Shown in pieces: positions 25,324 through 26,026 of a stretch of DNA of 26,026 nt. Numbering within the stretch: position 1 is the first letter of the stretch; each line of letters begins with the position of its first letter. Source of the DNA: a virus (lineage: Duplodnaviria > Caudoviricetes); the IMG/VR virus record IMGVR_UViG_3300017754_001452, positions 1 to 26,026 of that record; one strand, given 5' to 3'. Made by a program: the position numbers and the translations under genes. The notes under the pieces are model-generated. The model saw nothing but the letters and a program-made list of their open reading frames with translations, was not told where the DNA came from and did no database searches.

Positions 25324-25324
25324 C

Positions 25325-26026
25325 TTAGCTCATCCACGTAGAACCGAGGGGCGGAAGACCGGGAATATTCGGCAAATTATCAACAGGTCGCCCGTTCGTA
25401 CCCATTACGGGTACATAGTTCAACGCCTGCACATATTCGTCGGCATAGGTCAGGGCCACGGCGTCAAAGAGGTCGTGGGATCGGGTCTTGAGCTTGTTTT
25501 TCGGCACCAACTGGAAGTCGCCTTCCTGGTTGATGTACGTTAGCTGCGGCGAACAGAAGTCGGACGCAATTTCATCCTCATCCGGAATATCCAGGCCCTC
25601 TACGGAGGCCAGGGCATCACGCAGGCGCATGGCCATTTCAGCCTTACGATTCTTCGGACCCGGCTTGTCCGGACGCCTCAGTTTCGCCTGACTCGTCGCC
25701 CCAAAATTCACTGGCCGAATGATCTGTGAGTACCGCGTGTCGTCTCTCAGGCTGGACGAAATCGCGTCGCCGTTCCCGCCCCCACCCGCGTCGATATAAA
25801 CGCGATCCGGCTTGTGGTCCTCGATGACAGCTCTGACCCATTCCAGGCCCTCGTTGAATTTTACCTTCGTGCGATGCTGGACGGAGATTACTTTCCGGCC
25901 CTTGCGAATCGCGATGGTGAAACGGTCGCCTCCCATCGACGCGGGGTCAACCCCGATAACCACCGCCCCGTGGGCCAGAATATTGGCCTTGCGGGCTCTC
26001 TGAACGTCAACAGGTGATACAAAGGA
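25325..26026 (-). CDS. terL: Terminase large subunit, C-terminal nuclease domain (5'-truncated)
   Basis: IGVDPA..G.D, VYID.GG.G, VNFG, N.KAEM and RSHD..DA.ALTYA motifs. The frame is open to the right edge. Confidence 0.93.
   Translation of the reverse strand, partial: SFVSPVDVQRARKANILAHGAVVIGVDPASMGGDRFTIAIRKGRKVISVQHRTKVKFNEGLEWVRAVIEDHKPDRVYIDAGGGGNGDAISSSLRDDTRYSQIIRPVNFGATSQAKLRRPDKPGPKNRKAEMAMRLRDALASVEGLDIPDEDEIASDFCSPQLTYINQEGDFQLVPKNKLKTRSHDLFDAVALTYADEYVQALNYVPVMGTNGRPVDNLPNIPGLPPLGSTWMS

Larger units (their letters stand above)
1..26026. mobile_element. P22-like podovirus phage/prophage genome fragment (convergent replication arm and morphogenesis operon)
   Basis: Gene order TerL-portal-scaffold-coat-adaptor-hub-fibres-ejection proteins. 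No tape measure, tail tube or sheath gene, and no host housekeeping genes. Confidence 0.95.

Noticed and set aside
1-26026. Genome-wide stop-codon reassignment
   Set aside because: All major genes are intact and densely packed under the standard code.

Overview
This is a 26 kb fragment of a tailed dsDNA phage or prophage with a P22-like podovirus gene order. The host is probably an alphaproteobacterium, inferred from the GC-rich codon usage and the primase type. The minus strand (26026->3916) carries one tightly coupled late operon: terminase large subunit (5'-truncated), portal, scaffold, P22-type coat, small head proteins, gp4-like adaptor, a gp10-like tail hub gene split in two around a 716-aa lectin/LamG gene, a cascade of tail-fibre genes, a holin-like gene, ejection proteins and a DUF1064 nuclease. 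The plus strand (1->3950) carries a T5 A1-like metallophosphoesterase (5'-truncated), a YqaJ exonuclease and a Zn-finger/TOPRIM primase. The gaps between these three genes are filled by five overlapping Trp/His/Cys/Gly-rich mini-ORFs that the ORF track does not call as such. One of them contains a prfB-like +1 frameshift signal. The most unusual features are the modular tail (split hub, a mobile ~120-aa module inserted in two proteins, repeated docking-like peptides) and the mini-ORF relay. All family assignments come from motif recognition and gene order, not database searches. No integrase, tRNA, CRISPR array or reverse transcriptase was seen.
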